From contig CM059432.1 of the NCBI GenBank assembly GCA_030390025.1, positions 1,240,001 to 1,304,000 on the forward strand: 64,000 nucleotides of DNA. Reading direction: 5' to 3'. Made by a program: the position numbers and the translations under genes. Origin of the DNA: Squalus acanthias. Lineage: Eukaryota. Shown in pieces: positions 1 through 12,829 of the stretch (position 1 is the stretch's first letter; the number at the start of each line of letters is the position of its first letter). Below the pieces are notes generated by a model, which saw only the letters and a program-made list of their open reading frames with translations, was not told the origin of the DNA and did no database searches.

Positions 1-3000
1 ATATACAGCCTGGGGGATATGGGGGTCTATATACAGTGCGTGGGACATGGGTCTATATACAGTCTGGGGGATATGGGGGTCCATATACAGTGCGGGATAT
101 GGGAGTCTATATACAGTGTGGGGATATGGGGGTCTATATACAGTGTGGGGATATGGGGGTCTATATACAGTGTGAGGGATATGGGGGTCTATATACAGTA
201 TGGGGATATGGGGGTCTATATACAGTGTGGGGGATATGGGGGTCTATATACAGTGTGGGGGATATGGGGGTCTATATACAGTGTGGGGGATATGGGGGTC
301 TATATACAGTGTGGGGGATATGGGGGTCTATATACAGTGGGGGGATATGGGGGTCTATATACAGTGTGGGGGATATGGGGGTCTATATACAGTATGGGGA
401 TATGGGGGTCTATATACAGTGTGCGGGATATGGGGGTCTATATACAGTGTGGGGGATATGGGGGTCTATATACAGTGTGTGGGGGATATGGGGGTCTATA
501 TACAGTGTGGGGGGATATGGGGGTCTATATACAGTGTGGGGGATATGGGGGTCTATATACAGTGTGGGGGATATGGGGGTCTATATACAGTCTGGGGATA
601 TGGGGGTCTATATACAGTGCGTGGGACATGGGTCTATATACAGTGTGGGGGATATGGGGGTCTATATACAGTGTGGGGGATATGGGGGTCTATATACAGT
701 GTGGGGGATATGGGGGTCTATATACAGTGTGGGGGATATGGGGGTCTATATACAGTGTGAGGGGGATATGGGGGTCTATATACAGTGTGAGGGCGATATG
801 CGGGTCTATATACAGTGTGGGGGATATGCGGGTCTATATACAGTGTGGGGGATATGGGGGTCTATATACAGTGTGGGGATATGGGGGGCTATATGCAGTG
901 TGGGGATATGGGAGTATATACAGTGTGTGGGGGATATGCGGGTCTATATACAGTGTGGGGGATATGGGGGTCTATATGCAGTGTGGGGATATGGGAGTAT
1001 ATACAGTGTGTGGGGGATATGCGGGTCTATATACAGTGTGGGGATATGGGGGTCTATATACAGTGTGGGGGATATGGGGGTCTATATACAGTGTGGGGGA
1101 TATGGGGGTCTATATACAGTGTGGGGATATGCGGGTCTATATACAGTGTGGGGATATGGGGGTCTATATACAGTGTGGGGGATATGGGGGTCTATATACA
1201 GTGTGGGGGATATGCGGGTCTATATACAGTGTGGGGATATGGGGGGCTATATGCAGTGTGGGGATATGCGAGTATATACAGTGTGTGGGGGATATGCGGG
1301 TCTATATACAGTGTGGGGGATATGGGGGTCTATATACAGTGTGTGGGGATATGGGGGTCTATATACAGTGTGTGGGGGATATGGGGGTCTATATACAGTG
1401 TGTGGGGGATATGGGGGTCTATATACAGTGTGTGGGGATATGGGAGTCTATATACAGTGTGGGGGATATGGGGGTCTATATACAGTGTGAGGGGGATCTG
1501 GGGGTCTATATACAGTGTGAGGGGGATATGCGGGTCTATATACAGTGTGGGGGATATGGGGTTCTATATACAGTGTGGGGGATATGGGGGTCTATATACA
1601 GTGTGGGGATATGGGGGTCTATATACAGTGTGGGGGTTAGGGGGTCTATATACAGTGTGGGGGATATGGGGGTCTATATACAGTGTGGGGGATATGGGGG
1701 TCTATATACAGTGTGGGGATATGGGGGTCTATATACAGTGTGGGGGATATGGGGGTCTATATACAGTGTGGGGATATGGGGGTCTATATACAGTGTGGGG
1801 ATATGGGGGTCTATATACAGTGTGGGGGATATGGGGGTCTATATACAGTGTGGGGATATGGGGGTCTATATACAGTGTGGGGATATGGGGGTCTATATAC
1901 AGTGTGGGGGATATGGGGGTCTATATACAGTGTGGGGGATATGGGGGTCTATATACAGTGTGGGGATATGGGGGTCTATATACAGTGTGAGGGGGATATG
2001 GGGGTCTATATACAGTGTGTGGGGGATATGGGGGTCTATATACAGTGTGTGGGGGATATGGGGGTCTATATACAGTGTGGGGATTATGGGGGTCTATATA
2101 CAGTGTGTGTGGGATATGGGGGTCTATATACAGTGGGGGATATGGGGGTCTATATATAGTGTGGGGGATATGGGGGTCTATATACAGTGTGGGGATTATG
2201 GGGGTCTATATACAGTGGGGGATATGGGGGTCTATATACAGTGTGTGGGGGATATGGGGGTCTATATACAGTGTGGGGGATATGGGGTCTATATACAGTG
2301 TGTGGGGGATATGGGGGTCTATATACAGTGTGTGGGGGATATGGGGGTCTATATACAGTGTGGGGGATATGGGGTCTATATACAGTGTGGGGGATATGGG
2401 GGTCTATATACAGTGTGGGGGATATGGGGGTCTATATACAGTGTGGGGGATATGGGGGTCTATATACAGTGTGTGTGGGATATGGGGGTCTATATACAGT
2501 GTATGGGGGTCTATATACAGTGTGTGGAATATGGAGGTCTATATACAGTGTGTGAGGGGGATATGGGGGTCATCATACAGTGTGTGGGGGATATGGGGGT
2601 CTATATACAGTGTGGGGGATATGGGGGTCATCATACAGTGTGTGGGGGATATGGGGGTCTATGTACAGTGTGTGGGGGATATGGGGGTCTATATACAGTG
2701 TGAGGGGGATATGGGGGTCTATATACAGTGGGGGATATGGGGGGCTATATACAGTGGGAGATATGGGAGTCTATATACAGTATGGGGGTCTATATACATT
2801 ATGGGGGTCTATATACATTATGGGGGTAGATATACAGTGTGAGGGGGATATGGGAGTCTATATACAGTGTGAGGGGGATATGGGAGTCTATATACAGTGT
2901 GAGGGGGATATGGGAGTCTATATACAGTGTGAGGGGGATATGGGAGTCTATATACAGTGTGAGGGGGATATGGGAGTCTATATACAGTGTGAGGGGGATA

Positions 3001-5160
3001 TGGGGGTCTATATACAGTGCGGGGATATGGGGGTCTATATACAGTATGAGGGGGATATGGGAGTCTATATACAGTGTGGGGGATATGGGGGTCTATATAC
3101 AGTGTGAGGGGGATATGGGGGTCTATATACAGTGTGGGGATATGGGGGTCTATATACAGTGTGAGGGGGATATGGGAGTCTATATACAGTGTGGGGGATA
3201 TGGGAGTCTATATACAGTGTGGGGATTATGGGGGCTATATACAGTGTGAGGGGGATATGGGAGTCTATATACAGTGTGAGGGGGATATGGGGGTCTATAT
3301 ACAGTGGGGGATATGGGAGTCTATATACAGTGTGGGGGGATATGGGGGTCTATATACAGTGTGGGGGATATGGGGGTCTATATACAGTGTGGGGGATATG
3401 GGGGGCTATATACTGTGTGGGGGATATGGGAGTCTATATACAGTGTGGGGGATATGGGGGTCTATATACAGTGGGGGATATGGGAGTCTATATACAGTGT
3501 GGGGGGATATGGGGGTCTATATACAGTGTGGGGGATATGGGGGTCTATATACAGTGGGGGATATGGGGGTCTATATACCGTGTGGGGGATATTGGGGTTT
3601 ATATACAGTGGGGGATATGGCGGTCTATATACAGTGTGTGGTGGATATGGGGGTCTATATACAGTGTGTGGGGGATATGGGGGTCTATATACAGTGTGTG
3701 GGGGATATGGGGGTCTATATACAGTGTGGGGATATGGGGGGTCTATATACAGTGTGTGGGGGGATATGGGGGTCTATATACAGTGTGGGGGATATGGGGG
3801 TCTATATACAGTGTGTGGGGGATATGGGGGTCTATATACAGTGTGTGGGGGATATGGGGGTCTATATACAGTGTGGGGGATATGGGGGTCTATATACAGT
3901 GTGTGGGGATATGGGGGTCTATATACAGTGTGGGGGATATGGGGGTCTATATACAGTGTGTGGGGGGATATGGGGGTCTATATACAGTGTGGGGGATATG
4001 GGGGTCTATATACAGTGTGGGGGATATGGGGGTCTATATACAGTGTGGGGGGATATGGGGGTCTATATACAGTGTGGGGATATGGGGGTCTATATACAGT
4101 GTGGGGGATATGGGGGTCTATATACAGTGTGGGGATATGGGGGTCTATATACAGTGTGGGGATATGGGGGTCTATATACAGTGTGGGGGATATGGGGGTC
4201 TATATACAGTGTGGGGATATGGGGGTCTATATACAGTGTGTGGATATGGGGGTCTATATACAGTGGGGGATATGGGGTCTATATACTGTGTGGGGGATAT
4301 GGGGTCTATATAAAGTGTGGGGGTATATGGGGGTCTATATACGGTGTGGGGGGATATGGGGGTCTATATACTGTGTGGGGGATATGGGGTCTATATACTG
4401 TGTGGGGGATATGGGGTCTATATAAAGTGTGGGGGTATATGGGGGTCTATATACGGTGTGGGGGGATATGGGGGTCTATATACAGTGTGAGGGGGATATG
4501 GGGGTCTATATACAGTGTGAGGGGAATATGGGGGTCTATATACAGTGTGGGGGATATGGGGTCTATATACTGTGTGGGGGATATGGGGTCTATATAAAGT
4601 GTGGGGGTATATGGGGGTCTATATACGGTGTGGGGGGATATGGGGGTCTATATACTGTGTGGGGGATATGGGGGTCTATATACAGTGTGGGGGATATGGG
4701 GGTCTATATACTGTGTGGGGGATATGGGGTCTATATAAAGTGTGGGGGTATATGGGGGTCTATATACTGTGTGGGGGATATGGGGGTCTATGTACAGTGT
4801 GGGGGATATGGGGGTCTATATACTGTGTGGGGGATATGGGGTCTATATAAAGTGTGGGGGTATATGGGGGTCTATGTACGGTGTGGGGGGATATGGGGGT
4901 CTACATACTGTGTGGGGGGATAGGGGGGTCTATATACAGTTTGTGGGGGATATGGGGGTCTATATACAGTGTGTGGGGATTATGGGGGTCTACATACTGT
5001 GTGGGGGGATAGGGGGGTCTATATACAGTTTGTGGGGGATATGGGGGTCTATATACAGTGCGAGGGATATGGGGGTCTACATACAGTGTGAGGGGGATAT
5101 GGGGGTCTCTATGCAGCGTGGGGGGATATGGGGGTCTATATGCAGCGTTGGGATATGGCA
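1..5160. repeat. G-rich minisatellite, ~26-30 bp unit, consensus GGGGGATATGGGGGTCTATATACAGTGT; runs off the left edge of the window
   Basis: The unit is directly visible tandemly for >5 kb, with G-run and TG-dinucleotide length variants, and degenerates after ~4900. Confidence 0.98.
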
Positions 5161-5304
5161 GTCCCTGCAGTGAATTGTAGATTCAATCGGCGGAGTCAGT
5201 GAGCGATTTTTTTATTCAGAGTAATGGCCGGGAACCAAAAGCCTTGACTCTTGAGTCCAATTGAGGGAGAGCGAGAACAGGTTTGGAAGTTGGTATTTCT
5301 GCAT

Positions 5305-5585
5305 TTAGGCCATTTAAGACTGAGATGAGGAGGAATTTCTTCATTCAGAGGGTTGTGAATCTTTGGAGTTCTCTACCCCAAAGGGCTGTGGTTGCTGAAT
5401 CATTGAGTATATTCAAGGCTGAGATTGATAGAATTTTGGACTCTAGGGGAATCAAGGGATATGGAGATCGGGCGGGAAAGTGGAATTGAGGTTGAAGATC
5501 AGCTATGGTCTTATTGAATGGTGGAGCAGGCTCGAGGGGCCGTGTGGCCTACTCCTGCTCCTAAATTTTATGTTCTTATATTCTT
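5305..5585 (+). mobile_element. CR1 LINE 3' end fragment
   Basis: Translation RPFKTEMRRNFFIQRVVNLWSSLPQRAV matches the ORF2 C-terminus of other CR1 copies in the window. It is followed by the typical 3' UTR (GGCCTACTCCTGCTCCTA...TTCTTAT). Confidence 0.85.
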
Positions 5586-5699
5586 CTGCATGTGATCAAA
5601 TGGCTAGAAGAAGTGACCGTGCCAACTTGACCATCTGGAGCCTGTGCACCTTCCCATCACAATAAAAAGGCCCTAATATCAGTCACGAACAGGCTTTTT

Positions 5700-6945
5700 T
5701 GGTGAGTGCATTACCCCGTCTCGACCTCTTCTGCACCCTTTGCCATGGTCAACCACACCATCTTCCTCCAATGCCTCTCATCCATTGTTCAGCTCATGGG
5801 ATTGCCCTCATTTGGTTCGCTCCTACCTAACCCATCGTAGCCGGAGCATCTCTAGCAACAGATGCTTCTCCTGCCCTTGCACTGTTACCTACGGAGTTTC
5901 CCAAGGATTCTTCCTCGGAGCATGCTTCCTCTTCTACGTGTTGCCCAATGGGGACATCATCTGCACACATGGGGTCAACTTCCTACATGACGATGCCCAA
6001 CTCTACCTCTCGACCCCTTCTGCTTCTGTGCTGTCAGACTTTGTCCAACATCCAGTCTTGAATATGCTATAGCTTTTCCAGCTAAGCATTGGGAAGATCA
6101 AAGCCATCATCTTTATCCTTGCTATTGACTCCCTTTCCCCGTCTGAGGCTGCAACTGTGGCATCCTGTTTGACCCCAAGCTGACCCAGTGCCACATCCTC
6201 TCCATCACAAAGGCTGCTTACCTCTGTAACATCACCTGCCTCAGCCCATTTGCCACTGAAATCCTCAGACGTGCTTGTTGCCCCCAGACTCAATTAATCT
6301 GTTGCTTTCCTAATATCCACCACTCCCTATAACATACAGCTCATCCAAACCTCTGCTGCCTATACCCTATTCCCCTACCCCCAAGTCCTACTCACCCATC
6401 ACCCCATCCTCACTGACCTATATTGGCTTGTGGTCCCTCAACACCTCAAATTTAAAAATCTCAATCTTGAGTTTAAATACCTCCATGCGCTTTCCTTTCT
6501 ATCTTTCTAATCCCTTGTAGCCCATCACGTATGGTGCTCGCTGACCTAGAATGGCTCCCAGTCCACCAACGCCTTGAATTTAAAATTTTCATGCTTGTGC
6601 TGAAATCCCTCCATGGCCTCGCCCCCCTCCCTATCTTTGTAACCTCCTACAGCCCTCCGAGAACTCAGTACGCCAAGTGTTGCTCCAAATCTGGCCTCTT
6701 GTGCATCTCCGACTTCCTTCGTCCCAGCATTGGTGGCCATTCCCCAGCACTAGAATTCCCTCCGTAAACCTCTCCACCTCGCTCTCCTTCAAGACGTTCC
6801 TTAAAACCTACTTCATTGACCAAGCTTTAGGCCACCTTCCCAAATATCCTCTTTGGCTTGATGTCTTTTTTTTTGTTATGCCTCGGTGATGCACCTTGGG
6901 ATTTTTTTTTAAACATTCAAGGTGCTATTAAATGCAAATTGTTCT
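5700..6945 (+). mobile_element. Degraded L2-type LINE RT and 3' fragments
   Basis: Remnants GVSQG, DDAQLYL and LADLEWLPV..RLEFKI; 3' tail GGTGCTATTAAATGCAAATTGTT. Confidence 0.75.
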
Positions 6946-9860
6946 GTATGTGCATTTGAAAGTCGTCCTGAGCGCACTTGGCCATGAGTCATGCTTCCTA
7001 TGACATAGTAATGACAAGTCAAAGGCAGTGATTAAATATTTGTGCTCCAGAACAGATTTTTCAGAAAATCATTGCAAACTTATTTTGGCTGTTCTTTGTT
7101 GGTGCTGTTGCTTATTTAATAGTATTAATTCAACCTTGTTTTTCTCTGGGAAGGTGGAGATCACCAAAGTTGTGGACTTTCCCAAGGCTATTAGAGATAC
7201 TGAAAGAAAAATAAATTAAAGTAAGGGCTCTAGTTTAGAGTAAGTAGTGTTTAAAGTGAAGTAAGGTCCCTAGTGTATTTAATATTCTTTAATTTAAAGG
7301 AAGTAAAGGGAGTAAGTTAAGGTTAGGACATGGCAGGGCAGCTCGGCAGTGTGGAGTGCTCCTCCTGTGCTATGTGGGAAGTCGGACACTTTCGGTGTCC
7401 AGGGCGAACACGTGCAGGAAGTGTCTCCAGCTGCAGCTACTCGAAATCCGCGTTTCGGAGCTGGAGCTGCAGCTGGAGTCACTGTGGAGCATCCGCGAAG
7501 CTGAGATCTTCGTGGATAGCACGTTTGACGAGGTGGTCACACCGCAGGTAAAGAGTGCACAGGCAGACAGGGAATAGGTGACCGCCAGACAGAGTAAAAG
7601 AACTAGGAAGGTAGTGCAGGAGTCCCCTGGGTCCATCTCCCTCTCCAACAGATTTTCCGTTTTGGATACTGCTGGGGGAGATGGTTTCTCAGGGGAATGC
7701 AGCAAGAGCCAAGTCCGTGGCACTACGAGTGGCTCAGCTGCACAGGAGGGGAGGAAAAAGAGTGGGAGAGCAATAGTGATGGGGGATTCTATCGTAAGGG
7801 GAACAGATAGACGTTTCTGTGGCCGCAGACGTGACTCCAGGATGGTATGTTGCCTCCCTGGTGCCAGGGTCAAGGATGTCACTGAACGGCTGCAGGGCAT
7901 TCTGAAGGGGGAGGACGAACAGTCAGAGGTCGTGGTTCACATTGGTACCAACGACATAGGTAGAAAGAGGGATGAGGTCCTGCAACAAGAATTTAGGGAG
8001 CTAGGTAGCAGATTAAAAAGCAGGACCTCAAAGGTTGTAATCTCTGGATTACTCCCGGTGCCACGTGCCAGTGGGTATAGGAATAGGAGGATAGAGCAGA
8101 TGAATGCGTGGCTAAAGAGTTGGTGCAGGAGGGAGGGCTTTAGTTTCCTGGATCACTGGGTCTGCTTCTGGGGAAGGTGGGACCTGTACAAGTCGGATGG
8201 GTTGCACCTGAACCGGAACGGGACCAACATCCTTGTGGGGAGGTTTGCTAGTACTGTTTGGGGGGGGTTTAAACTAACTTGGCAGGGGGATGGGATACGG
8301 AGTGGAGCTATAGTAGGGGGTGATGCACAGCCAAATATAGAGGAAAAAACAAGTCAGCCTGGAAGGCAGAGCAAATACGTAACGGCACAAGGGAGTATGG
8401 CAAGGCTGGTTGGCATTTATTTTAATGCAAGGAATCTTGCGAGTAAGGCAGATGAATTGAAGGTGTTGATGAACACATGGGAGTATGATATTGTTGCTAT
8501 CACAGAGACATGGTTGAGGGAGGGGCAGGACTGGCAGCTCAATATTCCGGGGTATAGAATCTTCAGGCGAGACAGAAGGGGGTGTAAAAGAGGAGGGGGT
8601 GTCGCAATATTAATCAAGGAGTCAATTACTGCTGTAAGGAGGGATGATATCTTAGCAGGTTCCTCTAATGAGGCCATATGGGTAGAACTTAAAAACAAAA
8701 AGGGGGCAAGCACTTTGCTGGGAGTGTACTATAGACCCTCAAACAGTCAGGGGGAGATAGAGGAACAGATATGTAGGCAAATCTCAGAGAAGTGTAGAAA
8801 TAATAGGGTAATAATAGTAGGGGATTTCAACTTCCCCAATATTAACTGGGATAGTCAGAGTGTGAAAGGCTTAGAGGGTGCAGAATTCTTAAAGTGCATC
8901 CAGGAGAGCTTTTTAATCAGCATATAGAAAGTCCTACAAGTGAGGGGGCGGTACTGGACCTAATTCTAGGGAATGTAGCCGGGCAAGTGTTAGAAGTGTC
9001 AGTGACCATAATTCGGTGAGATTTAATGTAGTCATGGAATAGGACAAAGATGGACCGGAAATAAAGGTTCTAAATTGGGGGAAGGCCGATTTTAATATGA
9101 TAAGGCAGGATCTGGCCAAAGTGGATTGGGATAAGCTACTTGTAGGAAAATCCACATCAGAGCAGTGAGAGTCTTTCAGAAAGGAAATAGAGAGAGTACA
9201 ATGCCAACATGTTCCCGTAAAGGTCAAGGGTGGGACCAATAAGCCCAGGGAACCCTGGATGTCAAGGGATATACAAGAATGGATTAGGAAAAAAAGGGAG
9301 GCTTTTGGCAGATACAAAGGACTAAAAACAGTGGAAGCCCTAGAGGAGTATAGAAAGTGCAGGGGGGTACTTAAAAAAGAAATTAGGAGAGCGAAGAGGG
9401 GGCATGAAAAAACACTGGCAGGCAAAATAAAGGAAAATCCCAAGGTGTTTTATAAGTATATTAAGGGCAAGAGGATAACCAGGGAAAGAGTAGGGCCCAT
9501 TAGGGACCAAAGTGGCAATCTGTGTGTGGAGCCGGAAGATGTGGGTGAGGTTTTAAATGAATATTTTGCATCTGTGTTCACTATGGAGAAGGACGATGTA
9601 GGCATAGAAATCAGGCAGGGGGATTGTGATATACTTGAACAAATTAGTATTGAGAGGGAGGAGGTACTAGCGGTTTTAGCGGGCTTAAAAGTGGATAAAT
9701 CCCCAGGCCCAGACGAGATGTATCCCAGACTGCTGTGTGAGGCAAGGGAGGAGATTGCAGGGGCTCTGACACAAATTTTCAGAACCTCTCTGGCCACAGG
9801 GGAGGTCAAAATTGAGAGGTCGCACAACACCAGGTTATAGTCCAACAGTTTTATTTGAAA

Positions 9861-9898
9861 TCACAAGCTTTCGGAACTATCGCTCCTTCCTCAGGTGA
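9861..9898 (-). ncRNA. Minimal type I hammerhead ribozyme-like motif in Penelope pLTR (left arm)
   Basis: Minus strand reads TCAC-CTGAGGA-A-GGAGC-GATA-GTTCC-GAAA-GC-TT-GTGA: stem I, core, stem II, GAAA, palindromic AGCT stem III. Confidence 0.65.
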
Positions 9899-10713
9899 AG
9901 TAAATTGGATACAGAATCGTCAGAGCATATATAGATGGAAAAAAAAGCATGTGTACTTTACAATTGCAGACCAATAAATTAAATCATCCTGACTATCTGC
10001 CGAGGTGTGATAAAGTTAATTAAGTCAGCCAGGAAGGTACCACATCAAAAGACATAGCAAGATACAACTGAGACAATGAGGTGAAGTCGCAGGGGTTCTA
10101 ACGTGTCAAAAGCTGCCGTCTGTATGTAAAACGAAAAGCTTTAAAAAAAAAAAAAATTTTACTTTTTTACTGGGAAAATTTTTACTTTTTTACTGGGAAT
10201 CACATCTGTGAACAAGCTAACGACGACTCGAGTCCGGATCACGTCATGTATCGTGACATAAACCCAAGATCCCGATTGAGACCGTCTTCATGAGTGCAGA
10301 ACTTGGCTATCAGTTTCTGCTCGATGATTTTGCGTTGTCGTGTGTTTCTAAGGTTGCCTTGGAGAACGCTTACCCGCAGATCCGAGGCTGAATGTCCTTG
10401 ACTGCTGAAGTGATTCCCAGTAAAAAAGTAAAAATTTTCCCAGTAAAAAAGTAAAATTTTTTTTTTTTTAAAGCTTTTCGTTTTACATACAGACGGCAGC
10501 TTTTGACACGTTAGAACCCCTGCGACTTCACCTCATTGTCTCAGTTGTATCTTGCTATGTCTTTTGATGTGGTACCTTCCTGGCTGACTTAATTAACTTT
10601 ATCACACCTCGGCAGATAGTCAGGATGATTTAATTTATTGGTCTGCAATTGTAAAGTACACATGCTTTTTTTTCCATCTATATATGCTCTGACGATTCTG
10701 TATCCAATTTACT

Positions 10714-10751
10714 TCACCTGAGGAAGGAGCGATAGTTCCGAAAGCTTGTGA
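10714..10751 (+). ncRNA. Minimal type I hammerhead ribozyme-like motif in Penelope pLTR (right arm)
   Basis: TCAC-CTGAGGA-A-GGAGC-GATA-GTTCC-GAAA-GC-TT-GTGA, followed by AATAAA. Confidence 0.65.
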
Positions 10752-12377
10752 TTTCAAATAAAACTGTTGGACTATAACCTGGTGTTGTGCGACCTCTCAA
10801 TTTTGTCCACCCCAGTCCAACACCGGCATCTCCGCATCATGACCACAGGGGAGGTGCCAGAGGACTGGAGGACAGCTAACATAGTACCATTATTCAAGAA
10901 GGGTAGTAGGGATAAACCAGGGAATTGCAGGCCAGTGAGCCTAACATCAGTGGTAGGGAAATTATTGGAAAAAATTCTGAGGGACAGAATTAGTCTCCAC
11001 TTGGAGAGTCAAGGATAGTCAGCATGGCTTTGTCAGGGGGAGATCATGCCTGACCAATTTGATTGAATTTTTCGAGGGGGTGACTAGGTGTGTAGATGAG
11101 GGTAGTGCAGTTGATGTAGTCTACATGGACCTCAGTAAGGCTTTTGACAAAGTCCCGCATGGGAGACTGGTCAAGAAGGTAAGAGCCCATGGGATCCAGG
11201 GCAATTTGGCACATTGGATCCAAAATTGGCTTAGTGGCAGGAGGCAGAGGGTGATGGTCGAAGGTTGTTTTTGTGACTGGAAGCCTGTGTCCAGTGGTGT
11301 ACCGCAGGGATCGGTGCTGGGTCCTTTGCTGTTTGTAGTGTACATTAATGATTTAGATATGAATGTAGGAGGTATGATCAGTAAGTTCGCAGGTGACACG
11401 AAAATTGCTGGAGTGGTAAATAGCGAGGAGGGAAGCCTCAGGCTACAGGACGATATAGACGGGTTGGTCAGATGGGCAGAACAGTGGCAAATGGAATTTA
11501 ACCCTGAAAAGTGTGAGGTGATGCATTTTGGGAGGACTAACAAGGCAAGGGAATACACAATGAATGGTAGGATCCTAGGAAGGACAGAGGATCAGAGGGA
11601 CCTTGGTGTGCATGTACATAGATCCCTGAAGGCAGCAGGACAGGTAGATAAGGTGGTTAAAAAGGCATATGGGATAATTGCCTTCATTAGCCGAGGCATA
11701 AAATATAAGAGCAGGGAGGTTATGATGGAGCTGTACAAAACGCTAGTTAGGCCACAGCTGGAATACTGTGTGCAGTTCTGGTCGCCACACTATAGGAAGG
11801 ATGTGATTGCATTGGATAGGGTGCAGAGGAGATTCACCAGGATGTTACCTGGCTGGAGCGCTTCAGCTATAAAGAGAGACTGGACAGGCTGGGGTTGTTT
11901 TCCTTAGAGCAGAGAAGGCTGAGGGGGGACCTGATTGAGGTGTACAAAATTATGAGGGGCATAGATAGGGTAGATAGAAAGGAACCTTTCCCCTTAGTAG
12001 AGGGGTCAATAACCAGGAGGCATAGTTTCAAGGTACCAGGCAGGAGGTTTAGAGGGGATTTGAGGAAAAACTTTTTCACCCAGAGGGTGGTTGGAATCTG
12101 GAACTCACTGCCTGAAAGGGTGGGAGAGGCAGGAACCCTCACAACATTCAAGAAGCATTTAGAAGAGCACTTGAAACGCCATAGCATACAAGGCTACGGA
12201 CCAAGTGCTGGAAAATGGGATTAGAATAGATGGGGCTTGATGGCCGACGCGGACACGATGGGCCGAAGGGCCTCTTTCTGTGCTGTATAAATCTGTGACT
12301 CTATGCTGCAAACACTCAGCTGGTCAGGCAGCATCTTAAAGAAAAGGTTGGGTATCCTTGTGCCCTGTAACACAGCA

Positions 12378-12828
12378 AGGCCAGCATTTATTGCCCATCC
12401 CTAATTGCCCTTGAGAAGGTGGTGGTGAGCCGCCTTCTTGAACCGCTGCAGTCTGTGTGGTGAAGGTACTCCCACAGTGCTGTTAGGGAGAGAGTTCCAG
12501 GATTTTGACCAAGCGACGATGAAGGAACGGCGATATATTTCCAAGTCAGGATGGTGTGTGACTTGAAGGTGATATTATTCCCATGCGCCTGCTGCCCTTG
12601 TCCTTCTAGGAGGTAGAGGTTGCGGGTTTGGGAGGTGCTGTTGAAGAAGCCTTCGCGAGTTGCTGCAGTGCATCTCGTAGATGGTACACATTGTAGCCAC
12701 AGTGCGCTGGTGTGGAGTGAGTGAATGTTTAAGATGATGAATGGGGTGCCAATCAAGCGGACTGCTTTGTCTTGGATGATGTCGAGCTTCTTGAGTGTTG
12801 TTGGAGCTACACTCACCCAGGCAAGTGG
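12378..12828 (-). mobile_element. 3' fragment of the non-LTR retrotransposon family also at 23625 and 43640
   Basis: Translation APTTLKKLDIIQDKAVRLIG and tail GGGCAATTAGGGATGGGCAATAAATGCTGG on the minus strand. Confidence 0.85.
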
Positions 12829-12829
12829 A

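Larger units (their letters stand above)
9807..10842 (-). mobile_element. Fold-back Penelope-like element: 5'-truncated GIY-YIG end between inverted pLTR/3'UTR arms, 13-bp TSD
   Basis: Arms 9807-10203 and 10410-10805 are reverse complements. The loop read on the minus strand gives HFSSQGHSASDLRVSVLQGNLRNTRQRKIIEQKLIAKFCTHEDGLNRDLGFM (GIY-YIG C-terminus). TSD CCACAGGGGAGGT at 9794-9806 and 10843-10855. Confidence 0.9.
7200..12305 (+). mobile_element. Near full-length CR1 LINE (copy A): ORF1 Zn-finger/coiled-coil/GDSL esterase, ORF2 APE endonuclease + RT; inactivated and split by a Penelope-like insertion
   Basis: ORF1 from 7330 has CSSC..CRKC, leucine-rich heptads, GDSIVRG and VHIGTND. ORF2 has NAR..ITETWL..GDFNFP, then RT motifs [29 protein letters not shown]. 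The 3' tail ends TGACTCTATG. Several stops and frameshifts are present. Confidence 0.95.

Noticed and set aside
1..5160. CRISPR-like or telomeric array
   Set aside because: There are no unique spacers, no cas genes and no TTAGGG; this is a eukaryotic minisatellite.
19..5173. Long Gly/Tyr-rich ORFs (up to 894 aa) resembling keratin-associated or eggshell proteins
   Set aside because: All three + frames are open because the repeat unit lacks stop codons. Unit lengths vary by 1-2 nt, so frames interchange freely and nothing indicates frame-preserving selection.
7578..8927. Host gene encoding an esterase-endonuclease fusion
   Set aside because: It lies within CR1 copy A, which has stops and frameshifts elsewhere, so it is not a domesticated gene on present evidence.
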